Shown here: positions 26,131-40,366 of the stretch, piece after piece
Numbering within the stretch: position 1 is the stretch's first letter
Layout: each line of letters opens with the position of its first letter
Assembly: GCF_009914755.1 (NCBI RefSeq)
Contig: NC_060948.1
Source of the DNA: the human T2T-CHM13v2.0 reference genome, Homo sapiens
DNA: 64,000 nucleotides
Strand: one strand, 5' to 3'
Translations under genes and position numbers: made by a program
The notes under the pieces: model-generated
Database searches by the model: none
What the model saw: only the letters and a program-made list of their open reading frames with translations
Told to the model about the DNA's origin: nothing

Positions 26131-29100
26131 CCTGGAACAAAGTGGAATGCTACGGTCTCGAATGGAATAAAAATGTATGGAATGGAATGCAATGAAACGG
26201 AATCGAATGTCATAGAATGTAATGGAATGCAAAAAAATGGAATCCAAAATCATTGACTGGAAAGGCTGGGTGTCGAAAGGAATTGACTCCAATGGAATGG
26301 AATCGAATGGAATGGAAGTGAATAGAATCGAACTAAATCGAATGGAATGGAATTGATAGGAACGGAATGGAAAGGAATGCAATGATTTGGCATGGAATGG
26401 AATCGAATGGCATCGAATGGAATGGAATGGAATGCAATGGAATGGAATGTATTAGAATGTAATGAACTTTAATGGAATGTACTCGAATGGATTCGACTGG
26501 AATGGAATGTTCTGGAAGTGAATGGACTCCAATGGAATGGATTCAAAAGGAATGGAATCGTACGGAATGGAATCTAATGGAATGGAATTAAATGGAAATG
26601 AATCAAATTGCATAGCACGGAATTGAATTGAATGGAATCGAATGCAATGGAATCTAATGAAACGGAAAGGAAAGGAATGGAATGGAATGGAATGGACTGG
26701 AATGGAAAGGAATCGAAACGAATGGAATGGAATCGAACTGAAGAGACTGGAATGGAATGCACTGGAATGGAAGGGAGTGTAATGGAAGGTTCTGGAAAAA
26801 AATGGAATCGAATGGAATGGAATTGAATGGAACGGAATAGAGTCGAATGGAATTGAATGGAATGGAATGGACTAGAGTGAAATGGAATCGAACCACAAGG
26901 AATGGACATGAATAGAATGGTCTCGAATTGAATGGAATCGTATGGAATGGCATCAAACGGAATGGAGTGGACAGCCACGGAATGGAATGCACTCGAATGC
27001 AATGGAGTCGAAACTAATGGACTGGAATAGAATGGACTCGACTGGTACGGACTCCAATGGAATGGAATCGAATGGAAGGGAATCGAACGGAATGGACTCG
27101 AAGGGAAAAGACTGCAATGGAAAGGTCTCGAATGGAATGGAAATTAATGGAATGGAATGGAATCGAATGAAATGGAGTCAAAAGGAATGGAATCGAATGG
27201 CAAGAAATCGAATGTAATGGAATCACAAGGAATTGATGTGAACGGAACGGAATGGAATGGAATCCAAAGGAATGGAATAGAATGGAATGGAATCGAATGG
27301 AAAGGACTCGAATGGAAATCACTCGAATAGAATGCAATTTAATAAAATAGGATCAAATGTAATGGAATGGAATGGAAAGGAATCGAAACGAAAGGAATGG
27401 AGACAGATGGAATGGAATGGAACAGAGAGCAATGGTATAGAATGGAATGGAATCATCTGGAATGGAATTGAATGGAATGGAATAATATGAAATGGAATGG
27501 AATGGAACGGAATGGAATGCCCTTGAATTAAATGGACTGGAATGGAATGGACTCGAACAGAGTGGAATGGAAAGTGTTGAGATAGAATGGAATGGACTCG
27601 TTTGGAATGGTCTAGTATGCAATGCAATCGACTGGCAGGGAATCAAAAGGAATGTAATGGAATGGATTGGACTGGAATGCAATGGACTCGAATAGATTGC
27701 AAACGGAATGCAAAGGAATGGAATGGAATAGTATGGAATGGAATGGAAAGGAATGGAGTGGAATAGACTAGAGTGGAATGGAATGGACTGGAAAGCAATG
27801 GACTGGAATGGAACTTTCTTGAATGGACTGGAATCAAACGGAATGGAATGCAATGCAATCAAATGGCATGGAATAAAATAGAATGAAAGAGAATCAAATG
27901 GAATTGAATCGAATGGAATCGAATGGATTGGAAAGGAATAGAATGGAATGGAATGGAATTGACTCAAATGGAATGGACTAGAATGGAATGGATTCGAATG
28001 GAAGGCAAAGGAATGGAATCTATTGGAATGGACTGTAATGGAATGGAATGGAAGGGATTGGAATGGACTCGAATGGAATGGACTGCAATAGAAAGGATTC
28101 GAATGGAATGAAAAAGAATTGAATGGAATAGAACAGAATGGAATCAAATCGAATGAAATGGAATGGAATAGAAAGGAATGGAATGAAATGGAATGGAAAG
28201 GATTCGAATGGAATGCAATCGAATGGAATGGAATCGAACGGAATGGAATAAAATGGAAGAAAACTGGCAAGAAATGGAATCGAAATGAATGGAGTGTTAT
28301 GGAACGGACTCAAAAGGAATTGAATGTAATAGAATGGAGTGGAGTGGACTCGAATATAATGGACTGGAATGGAATGAAATCACATGGAATGGGAACGAAT
28401 GGAATGGAATGGAAAGGAATGGAATTGAATGGAAAGGAATCGAATGGAAGGGAATGAAATTGAATCAACAGGAATGGAAGGGAATAGAATAGACGGTAAT
28501 GGAATGGACTCGAATAGAATGGACAGGAATGCTCAAATTGAATGGACTCGAATGGAATGGAAACGAAAGGAATGTCACCGAATGGAATTGAATCGATTGG
28601 AATGAAATCGCATAGAATGGAGTGGAATCAAATGGAATTGAATCGAAAGGAAAGGAAGCAAATGGACTGAAATGAAATGGAATGGAATTGAATGGAAAGT
28701 TATGTAATGGAATAGAATGGAACGAAATTTCACGGAATGGAATCAAACTGAATGGAATCAAATCAATGGAATCAAATCAAATGGAATGGAAAGGAATTGA
28801 ATGGAGTAGATTGGATTGGATGGGATTGGAATGAAATGTACTGGAAAGGACTCGAATTTCATGAAACGGAATGGAATGAATTGGAACGGAACGGACTCGA
28901 ATGGAATGGAATGTGATGGAATGGCATCAAATGGAATGGCATCAAATGGAATGGAATCGAATGCAATGGAATGCTATGGAATGGAATGGAATGCATTGGA
29001 ATGGAATGTCCTCTAATGGAATGGATTCGAGTGGAATGGAATCGAATATAATGGAGTCGAATGAAATGGAATTGAAAGGAATGGGATCGAATAGAATGGA

Positions 29101-29684
29101 ATATACTGGAATGTAATGTAATGAACTCGAATGTAATTGACTGGAATGGAATGTACATGAATGGAATGTAATCGAATGGAAAGTAATCCAATGGAATAGA
29201 ATCTAATGCAATAAAATCGACTCAGATAGAGTAGAATGTAATGGAATGGAGTGCAGTGCAATGGAATGGAATGGAATGGAATGCAATGGAATGGAATGGA
29301 ATGGAATGGAATGGAATGGAATGGAATGGTGTGGAATGGATAGTAATGGACTGGAGTGAAATGGACTGGAAAGGAATGGACTCAAATTGAAAGGGCTCGA
29401 AAGGAATGGAGTCAAATGGAATGGTCTGGAATGGAATGAACACGAATGTAATGCAATCCAATAGAATGGAATCGAATGGCATGGAATATAAAGAAATGGA
29501 ATCGAAGAGAATGGAAACAAATGGAATGGAATTGAGTGGAATGGAATTGAATGGAATGGGAACGAATGGAGTGAAATTGTATGCAGTAGAAGAGAATAGA
29601 ATGGAATGCAAGCGAAAGGAAAGGAATGGATTGGAATGGAATGGAATTCATTGGAATGGAAGGGAATGTAGTGTAATGGACAGG
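26131..29684 (-). repeat. DYZ1 unit 8 (3554 bp)
   Basis: HaeIII-to-HaeIII; shortest pure GGAAT tract. Confidence 0.9.
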
Positions 29685-32600
29685 CCTGGAATAAAGTGGA
29701 ATGCTACGGTCTCGAATGGAATAAAAATATATGGAATGGAATGCAATGAAACGGAATCGAATGTCATAGAATGTAATGGAATGCAACAAAATGGAATCCA
29801 AAATCATTGACTGGAAAGGCTGGGTGTCGAAAGGAATTGACTCCAATGGAATGGAGTCGAATGGAATGGAAGTGAATAGAATCGAACTAAATCGAATGGA
29901 ATGGAATTGATAGGAACGGAATGGAAAGGAATGCAATGATTTGGCATGGAATGGAATCGAATGGCATCGAATGGAATGGAATGGAATGCAATGGAATGGA
30001 ATGTATTAGAATGTAATGAACTTTAATGGAATGTACTCGAGTGGATTCGACTGGAATGGAATGTTCTGGAAGTGAATGGACTCCAATGGAATGGATTCAA
30101 AAGGAATGGAATCGTACGGAATGGAATCTAATGGAATGGAATTAAATGGAAATGAATCAAATTGAAAAGCACGGAATTGAATTGAATGAAATGGAATGCA
30201 ATGGAATCTAATGAAACGGAAAGGAAAGGAATGGAATGGAATGGAATGGGCTGGAATGGAAAGGAATCGAAACGAATGGAATGGAATCGAACTGAAGAGA
30301 CTGGAATGGAATGCACTGGAATGGAAGGGAGTGTAATGGAAGGTTCTCGAAAAACATGGAATCGAATGGAATGGAATTGAATGGAACGGAATAGAGTCGA
30401 ATGGAATTGAATGGAATGGAATGGACTAGAGTGAAATGGAATCGAACCACAAGGAATGGACAGGAATAGAATGGTCTCGAATTGAATGGAATAGTATGGA
30501 ATGGCATCAAACGGAATGGAATGGACAGCCACGGAATGGAATGCACTCGAATGCAATGGAGTCGAATCTAATGGACTGGAATAGAATGGACTCGACTGGC
30601 ACGGACTCCAATGGAATGGAATCGAATGGAAGGGAATCGAACGGAATGGACTCGAAGGGAAAAGACTGCAATGGAAAGGTCTCGAATGGAATGGAAATTA
30701 ATGGAATGGAACGGAATCGAATGAAATGGAGTCAAAAGGAATGGAATCGAATGGCAAGAAATCGAATGTAATGGAATCGCAAGGAATTGATGTGAACGGA
30801 ACGGAATGGAATGGAATCCAAAGGAATGGAATAGAATGGAATGGAATCGAATGGAAAGGACTCGAATGGAAATCACTCGAATAGAATGCAATTTAATAAA
30901 ATAGGATCAAATGTAATGGAATGGAATGGAAAGGAATCGAAACGAAAGGAATGGAGACAGATGGAATGGAATGGAACAGAGAGCAATGGTATAGAATGGA
31001 ATGGAATCATCTGGAATGGAATTGAATGGAATGGAATAATATGAAATGGAATGGAATGGAATGGAATGGAATGCCCTTGAATTAAATGGACTGGAATAGA
31101 ATGGACTCGAACAGAGTGGAATGGAAAGTGTTGAGATAGAATGGAATGGACTCCTTTGGAATGGTGTAGTATGCAATGCAATCGACTGGCAGGGAATCAA
31201 AAGGAATGTAATGGAATGGATTGGACTGGAATGCAATGGACTCGAATAGATTGGAAACGGAATGCAAAGGAATGGAATGGAATAGTATGGAATGGAATGG
31301 AAAGGAATGGAGTGGAATAGACTAGAGTGGAATGGAATGGACTGGAAAGCAATGGACTGGAATGGAACTTTCTTGAATGGACTGGAATCAAACGGAATGG
31401 AATGCAATGCAATCAAATGGCATGGAATAAAATAGAATGAAAGAGAATCAAATGGAATTGAATCGAATGGAATCGAATGGATTGGAAAGGAATAGAATGG
31501 AATGGAATGGAATTGACTCAAATGGAATGGACTAGAATGGAATGGATTCGAATGGAAGGCAAAGGAATGGAATCTATTGGAATGGACTGTAATGGAATGG
31601 AATGGAAGGGATTGGAATGGACTCGAATGGAATGGACTGCAATAGAAAGGATTCGAATGGAATGAAAAAGAATTGAATGGAATAGAACAGAATGGAATCA
31701 AATCGAATGAAATGGAATGGAATAGAAAGGAATGGAATGAAATGGAATGGAAAGGATTCGAATGGAATGCAATCGAATGGAATGGAATCGAACGGAATGG
31801 AATAAAATGGAAGAAAACTGGCAAGAAATGGAATCGAAATGAATGGAGTGTTATGGAACGGACTCAAAAGGAATTGAATGTAATAGAATGGAGTGGAGTG
31901 GACTCGAATATAATGGACTGGAATGGAATGAAATCACATGGAATGGGAACGAATGGAATGGAATGGAAAGGAATGGAATCGAATGGAAAGGAATCGAATG
32001 GAAGGGAATGAAATTGAATCAACAGGAATGGAAGGGAATAGAATAGACGGTAATGGAATGGACTCGAATAGAATGGACAGTAATGCTCAAATTGAATGGA
32101 CTCGAATGGAATGGAAACGAAAGGAATGTCACCGAATGGAATTGAATCGATTGGAATGAAATCGCATAGAATGGAGTGGAATCAAATGGAATTGAATCGA
32201 AAGGAAAGGAAGCAAATGGACTGAAATGAAATGGAATGGAATTGAATGGAAAGTTATGTAATGGAATAGAATGGAACGAAATTTCACGGAATGGAATCAA
32301 ACTGAATGGAATCAAATCAATGGAATCAAATCAAATGGAATGGAAAGGAATTGAATGGAGTAGATTGGATTGGATGGGATTGGAATGAAATGTACTGGAA
32401 AGGACTCGAATTTCATGAAACGGAATGGAATGAATTGGAACGGAATGGACTCGAATGGAATGGAATGTCATGGAATGGCATCAAATGGAATGGCATCAAA
32501 TGGAATGGAATCGAATGCAATGGAATGCTATGGAATGGAATGGAATGCATTGGAATGGAATGTCCTCTAATGGAATGGATTCGAGTGGAATGGAATCGAA

Positions 32601-33248
32601 TATAATGGAGTCGAATGAAATGGAATTGAAAGGAATGGGATCGAATAGAATGGAATATACTGGAATGTAATGTAATGAACTCGAATGTAATTGACTGGAA
32701 TGGAATGTACATGAATGGAATGTAATCGAATGGAAAGTAATCCAATGGAATAGAATCTAATGCAATAAAATCGACTCAGATAGAGTAGAATGTAATGGAA
32801 TGGAGTGCAGTGCAATGGAATGGAATGGAATGGAATGCAATGGAATGGAATGGAATGGAATGGAATGGAATGGAATGGAATGGAATGGAATGGTGTGGAA
32901 TGGATAGTAATGGACTGGAGTGAAATGGACTGGAAAGGAATGGACTCAAATTGAAAGGGCTCGAAAGGAATGGAGTCAAATGGAATGGTCTGGAATGGAA
33001 TGAACACGAATGTAATGCAATCCAATAGAATGGAATCGAATGGCATGGAATATAAAGAAATGGAATCGAAGAGAATGGAAACAAATGGAATGGAATTGAG
33101 TATAATGGAATTGAATGGAATGGGAACGAATGGAGTGAAATTGTATGCAGTAGAAGAGAATAGAATGGAATGCAAGCGAAAGGAAAGGAATGGATTGGAA
33201 TGGAATGGAATTCATTGGAATGGAAGGGAATGTAGTGTAATGGACAGG
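29685..33248 (-). repeat. DYZ1 unit 9 (3564 bp)
   Basis: HaeIII-to-HaeIII; XhoI variant CTCGAG at 30036. Confidence 0.9.
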
Positions 33249-36200
33249 CCTGGAATAAAGTGGAATGCTACGGTCTCGAATGGAATAAAAATGTATGGAA
33301 TGGAATGCAATGAAACGGAATCGAATGTCATAGAATGTAATGGAATGCAACAAAATGGAATCCAAAATCATTGACTGGAAAGGCTGGGTGTCGAAAGGAA
33401 TTGACTCCAATGGAATGGAGTCGAATGGAATGGAAGTGAATACAATCGAACTAAATCGAATGGAATGGAATTGATTGGAACGGAATGGAAAGGAATGCAA
33501 TGATTTGGCATGGAATGGAATCGAATGGCATCGAATGGAATGGAATGGAATGCAATGGAATGGAATGTATTAGAATGTAATGAACTTTAATGGAATGTAC
33601 TCGAGTGGATTCGACTGGAATGGAATGTTCTGGAAGTGAATGGACTCCAATGGAATGGATTCAAAAGGAATGGAATCGTACGGAATGGAATCTAATGGAA
33701 TGGAATTAAATGGAAATGAATCAAATTGAATAGCACGGAATTGAATTGAATGGAATGGAATGCAATGGAATCTAATGAAACGGAAAGGAAAGGAATGGAA
33801 TGGAATGGGCTGGAATGGAAAGGAATCGAAACGAATGGAATGGAATCGAACTGAAGAGACTGGAATGGAATGCACTGGAATGGAAGGGAGTGTAATGGAA
33901 GGTTCTCGAAAAACATGGAATCGAATGGAATGGAATTGACTGGAACGGAATAGAGTCGAATGGAATTGAATGGAATGGAATGGACTAGAGTGAAATGGAA
34001 TCGAACCACAAGGAATGGACAGGAATAGAATGGTCTCGAATTGAATGGAATCGTATGGAATGGCATCAAACGGAATGGAATGGACAGCCACGGAATGGAA
34101 TGCACTCGAATGCAATGGAGTCGAAACTAATGGACTGGAATAGAATGGACTCGACTGGCACGGACTCCAATGGAATGGAATCGAATGGAAGGGAATCGAA
34201 CGGAATGGACTCGAAGGGAAAAGACTGCAATGGAAAGGTCTCGAATGGAATGGAAATTAATGGAATGGAACGGAATCGAATGAAATGGAGTCAAAAGGAA
34301 TGGAATGGAATGGCAAGAAATCGAATGTAATGGAATCGCAAGGAATTGATGTGAACGGAACGGAATGGAATGGAATCCAAAGGAATGGAATAGAATGGAA
34401 TGGAATCGAATGGAAAGGACTCGAATGGAAATCACTCGAATAGAATGCAATTTAATAAAATAGGATCAAATGTAATGGAATGGAATGGAAAGGAATCGAA
34501 ACGAAAGGAATGGAGACAGATGGAATGGAATGGAACAGAGAGCAATGGTATAGAATGGAATGGAATCATCTGGAATGGAATTGAATGGAATGGAATAATA
34601 TGAAATGGAATGGAATGGAATGGAATGGAATGCCCTTGAATTAAATGGACTGGAATGGAATGGACTCGAACAGAGTGGAATGGAAAGTGTTGAGATAGAA
34701 TGGAATGGACTCCTTTGGAATGGTGTAGTATGCAATGCAATCGACTGGCAGGGAATCAAAAGGAATGTAATGGAATGGATTGGACTGGAATGCAATGGAC
34801 TCGAATAGATTGGAAACGGAATGCAAAGGAATGGAATGGAATAGTATGGAATGGAATGGAAAGGAATGGAGTGGAATAGACTAGAGTGGAATGGAATGGA
34901 CTGGAAAGCAATGGACTGGAATGGAACTTTCTTGAATGGACTGGAATCAAACGGAATGGAATGCAATGCAATCAAATGGCATGGAATAAAATAGAATGAA
35001 AGAGAATCAAATGGAATTGAATCGAATGGAATCGAATGGATTGGAAAGGAATAGAATGGAATGGAATGGAATTGACTCAAATGGAATGGACTAGAATGGA
35101 ATGGATTCGAATGGAAGGCAAAGGAATGGAATCTATTGGAATGGACTGTAATGGAATGGAATGGAAGGGATTGGAATGGACTCGAATGGAATGGACTGCA
35201 ATAGAAAGGATTCGAATGGAATGAAAAAGAATTGAATGGAATAGAACAGAATGGAATCAAATCGAATGAAATGGAATGGAATAGAAAGGAATGGAATGAA
35301 ATGGAATGGAAAGGATTCGAATGGAATGCAATCGAATGGAATGGAATCGAACGGAATGGAATAAAATGGAAGAAAACTGGCAAGAAATGGAATCGAAATG
35401 AATGGAGTGTTATGGAACGGACTCAAAAGGAATTGAATGTAATAGAATGGAGTGGAGTGGACTCGAATATAATGGACTGGAATGGAATGAAATCACATGG
35501 AATGGGAACGAATGGAATGGAATGGAAAGGAATGGAATCGAATGGAAAGGAATCGAATGGAAGGGAATGAAATTGAATCAACAGGAATGGAAGGGAATAG
35601 AATAGACGGTAATGGAATGGACTCGAATAGAATGGACAGTAATGCTCAAATTGAATGGACTCGAATGGAATGGAAACGAAAGGAATGTCACCGAATGGAA
35701 TTGAATCGATTGGAATGAAATCGCATAGAATGGAGTGGAATCAAATGGACTTGAATCGAAAGGAAAGGAAGCAAATGGACTGAAATGAAATGGAATGGAA
35801 TTGAATGGAAAGTTATGTAATGGAATAGAATGGAACGAAATTTCACGGAATGGAATCAAACTGAATGGAATCAAATCAATGGAATCAAATCAAATGGAAT
35901 GGAAAGGAATTGAATGGAGTAGATTGGATTGGATGGGATTGGAATGAAATGTACTGGAAAGGACTCGAATTTCATGAAACGGAATGGAATGAATTGGAAC
36001 GGAATGGACTCGAATGGAATGGAATGTCATGGAATGGCATCAAATGGAATGGCATCAAATGGAATGGAATCGAATGCAATGGAATGCTATGGAATGGAAT
36101 GGAATGCATTGGAATGGAATGTCCTCTAATGGAATGGATTCGAGTGGAATGGAATCGAATATAATGGAGTCGAATGAAATGGAATTGAAAGGAATGGGAT

Positions 36201-36807
36201 CGAATACAATGGAATATACTGGAATGTAAGGTAATGAACTCGAATGTAATTGACTGGAATGGAATGTACATGAATGGAATGTAATCGAATGGAAAGTAAT
36301 CCAATGGAATAGAATCTAATGCAATAAAATCGACTCAGATAGAGTAGAATGTAATGGAATGGAGTGCAGTGCAATGGAATGGAATGGAATGGAATGCAAT
36401 GGAATGGAATGGAATGGAATGGAATGGAATGGAATGGAATGGAATGGAATGGTGTGGAATGGATAGTAATGGACTGGAGTGAAATGGACTGGAAAGGAAT
36501 GGACTCAAATTGAAAGGGCTCGAAAGGAATGGAGTCAAATGGAATGGTCTGGAATGGAATGAACACGAATGTAATGCAATCCAATAGAATGGAATCGAAT
36601 GGCATGGAATATAAAGAAATGGAATCGAAGAGAATGGAAACAAATGGAATGGAATTGAGTATAACGGAATTGAATGGAATGGGAACGAATGGAGTGAAAT
36701 TGTATGCAGTAGAAGAGAATAGAATGGAATGCAAGCGAAAGGAAAGGAATGGATTGGAATGGAATGGAATTCATTGGAATGGAAGGGAATGTAGTGTAAT
36801 GGACAGG
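33249..36807 (-). repeat. DYZ1 unit 10 (3559 bp)
   Basis: HaeIII-to-HaeIII; XhoI variant at 33600; one pentamer lost near 33800. Confidence 0.9.
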
Positions 36808-39800
36808 CCTGGAATAAAGTGGAATGCTACGGTCTCGAATGGAATAAAAATGTATGGAATGGAATGCAATGAAACGGAATCGAATGTCATAGAATGTAAT
36901 GGAATGCAACAAAATGGAATCCAAAATCATTGACTGGAAAGGCTGGGTGTCGAAAGGAATTGACTCCAATGGAATGGAGTCGAATGGAATGGAAGTGAAT
37001 AGAATCGAACTAAATCGAATGGAATGGAATTGATTGGAACGGAATGGAAAGGAATGCAATGATTTGGCATGGAATGGAAACGAATGGCATCGAATGGAAT
37101 GGAATGGAATGCAATGGAATGGAATGTATTAGAATGTTATGAACTTTAATGGAATGTACTCGAGTGGATTCGACTGGAATGGAATGTTCTGGAAGTGAAT
37201 GGACTCCAATGGAATGGATTCAAAAGGAATGGAATCGTACGGAATGGAATCTAATGGAATGGAATTAAATGGAAATGAATCAAATTGAATAGCACGGAAT
37301 TGAATTGAATGGAATGGAATGCAATGGAATCTAATGAAACGGAAAGGAAAGGAATGGAATGGAATGGAATGGGCTGGAATGGAAAGGAATCGAAACGAAT
37401 GGAATGGAATCGAACTGAAGAGACTGGAATGGAATGCACTGGAATGGAAGGGAGTGTAATGGAAGGTTCTCGAAAAACATGGAATCGAATGGAATGGAAT
37501 TGAATGGAACGGAATAGAGTCGAATGGAATTGAATGGAATGGAATGGACTAGAGTGAAATGGAATCGAACCACAAGGAATGGACAGGAATAGAATGGTCT
37601 CGAATTGAATGGAATCGTATGGAATGGCATCAAACGGAATGGAATGGACAGCCACGGAATGGAATGCACTCGAATGCAATGGAGTCGAAACTAATGGACT
37701 GGAATAGAATGGACTCGACTGGCACGGACTCCAATGGAATGGAATCGAATGGAAGGGAATCGAACGGAATGGACTCGAAGGGAAAAGACTGCAATGGAAA
37801 GGTCTCGAATGGAATGGAAATTAATGGAATGGAACGGAATCGAATGAAATGGAGTCAAAAGGAATGGAATCGAATGGCAAGAAATCGAATGTAATGGAAT
37901 CGCAAGGAATTGATGTGAACGGAACGGAATGGAATGGAATCCAAAGGAATGGAATAGAATGGAATGGAATCGAATGGAAAGGACTGGAATGGAAATCACT
38001 CGAATAGAATGCAATTTAATAAAATAGGATCAAATGGAATGGAATGGAATGGAAAGGAATCGAAACGAAAGGAATGGAGACAGATGGAATGGAATGGAAC
38101 AGAGAGCAATGGTATAGAATGGAATGGAATCATCTGGAATGGAATTGAATGGAATGGAATAATATGAAATGGAATGGAATGGAATGGAATGGAATGCCCT
38201 TGAATTAAATGGACTGGAATGGAATGGACTCGAACAGAGTGGAATGGAAAGTGTTGAGATAGAATGGAATGGACTCCTTTGGAATGGTGTAGTATGCAAT
38301 GCAATCGACTGGCAGGGAATCAAAAGGAATGTAATGGAATGGATTGGACTGGAATGCAATGGACTCGAATAGATTGGAAACGGAATGCAAAGGAATGGAA
38401 TGGAATAGTATGGAATGGAATGGAAAGGAATGGAGTGGAATAGACTAGAGTGGAATGGAATGGACTGGAAAGCAATGGACTGGAATGGAACTTTCTTGAA
38501 TGGACTGGAATCAAACGGAATGGAATGCAATGCAATCAAATGGCATGGAATAAAATAGAATGAAAGAGAATCAAATGGAATTGAATCGAATGGAATCGAA
38601 TGGATTGGAAAGGAATAGAATGGAATGGAATGGAATTGACTCAAATGGAATGGACTAGAATGGAATGGATTCGAATGGAAGGCAAAGGAATGGAATCTAT
38701 TGGAATGGACTGTAATGGAATGGAATGGAAGGGATTGGAATGGACTCGAATGGAATGGACTGCAATAGAAAGGATTCGAATGGAATGAAAAAGAATTGAA
38801 TGGAATAGAACAGAATGGAATCAAATCGAATGAAATGGAATGGAATAGAAAGGAATGGAATGAAATGGAATGGAAAGGATTCGAATGGAATGCAATCGAA
38901 TGGAATGGAATCGAACGGAATGGAATAAAATGGAAGAAAACTGGCAAGAAATGGAATCGAAATGAATGGAGTGTTATGGAACGGACTCAAAAGGAATCGA
39001 ATGTAATAGAATGGAGTGGAGTGGACTCGAATATAATGGACTGGAATGGAATGAAATCACATGGAATGGGAACGAATGGAATGGAATGGAAAGGAATGGA
39101 ATCGAATGGAAAGGAATCGAATGGAAGGGAATGAAATTGAATCAACAGGAATGGAAGGGAATAGAATAGACGGTAATGGAATGGACTCGAATAGAATGGA
39201 CACGAATGCTCAAATTGAATGGACTCGAATGGAATGGAAACGAAAGGAATGTCATCGAATGGAATTGAATCGATTGGAATGAAATCGCATAGAATGGAGT
39301 GGAATCAAATGGAATTGAATCGAAAGGAAAGGAAGCGAATGGACTGAAATGAAATGGAATGGAATGGAATGGAAAGTAATGCAATGGAATAGAATGGAAC
39401 GAAATTTCACGGAATGGAATCAAACTGAATGGAATCAAATCAATGGAATCAAATCAAATGGAATGGAAAGGAATTGAATGGAGTAGATTGGATTGGATGG
39501 GATTGGAATGAAATGTACTGGAAAGGACTCGAATTTCATGAAACGGAATGGAATGAATTGGAACGGAATGGACTCGAATGGAATGGAATGTCACGGAATG
39601 GCATCAAATGGAATGGCATCAAATGGAATGGAATCGAATGCAATGGAATGTTATGGAATGGAATGGAATGCATTGGAATGGAATGTCCTCTAATGGAATG
39701 GATTCGAGTGGAATGGAATCGAATATAATGGAGTCGAATGAAATGGAATTGAAAGGAATGGGATCGAATAGAATGGAATATACTGGAATGAAATGTAATG

Positions 39801-40366
39801 AACTCGAATGTAATTGACTGGAATGGAATGTATATGAATGGAAGGTAATCGAATGGAAAGTAATCCAATGGAATAGAATCTAATGCAATAAAACCGACTC
39901 AGATAGAGTAGAATGTAATGGAATGGAGTGCAGTGCAATGGAATGGAATGGAATGGAATGCAATGGAATGGAATGGAATGGAATGGAATGGAATGGAATG
40001 GGATGGAATGGTATGGAATGGATAGTAATGGACTGGAGTGAAATGGACTGGAAAGGAATGGACTCAAATTGAAAGGGCTCGAAAGGAATGGAGTCAAATG
40101 GAATGGTCTGGAATGGAATGAACACGAATGTAATGCATTCCAATAGAATGGAATCGAATGGCATGGAATATAAAGAAATGGATTCGAAGAGAATGGAAAC
40201 AAATGGAATGGAATTGAATGGAATGGAATTGAATGGAATGGGAACGAATGGAGTGAAATTGTATGCAGTAGAAGGGAATAGAATGGAATGCAAGCGAAAG
40301 GAAAGGAATGGATTGGAATGGAATGGAATTCATTGGAATGGAAGGGAATGTAGTGTAATGGACAGG
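36808..40366 (-). repeat. DYZ1 unit 11 (3559 bp)
   Basis: HaeIII-to-HaeIII; XhoI variant at 37159. Confidence 0.9.
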
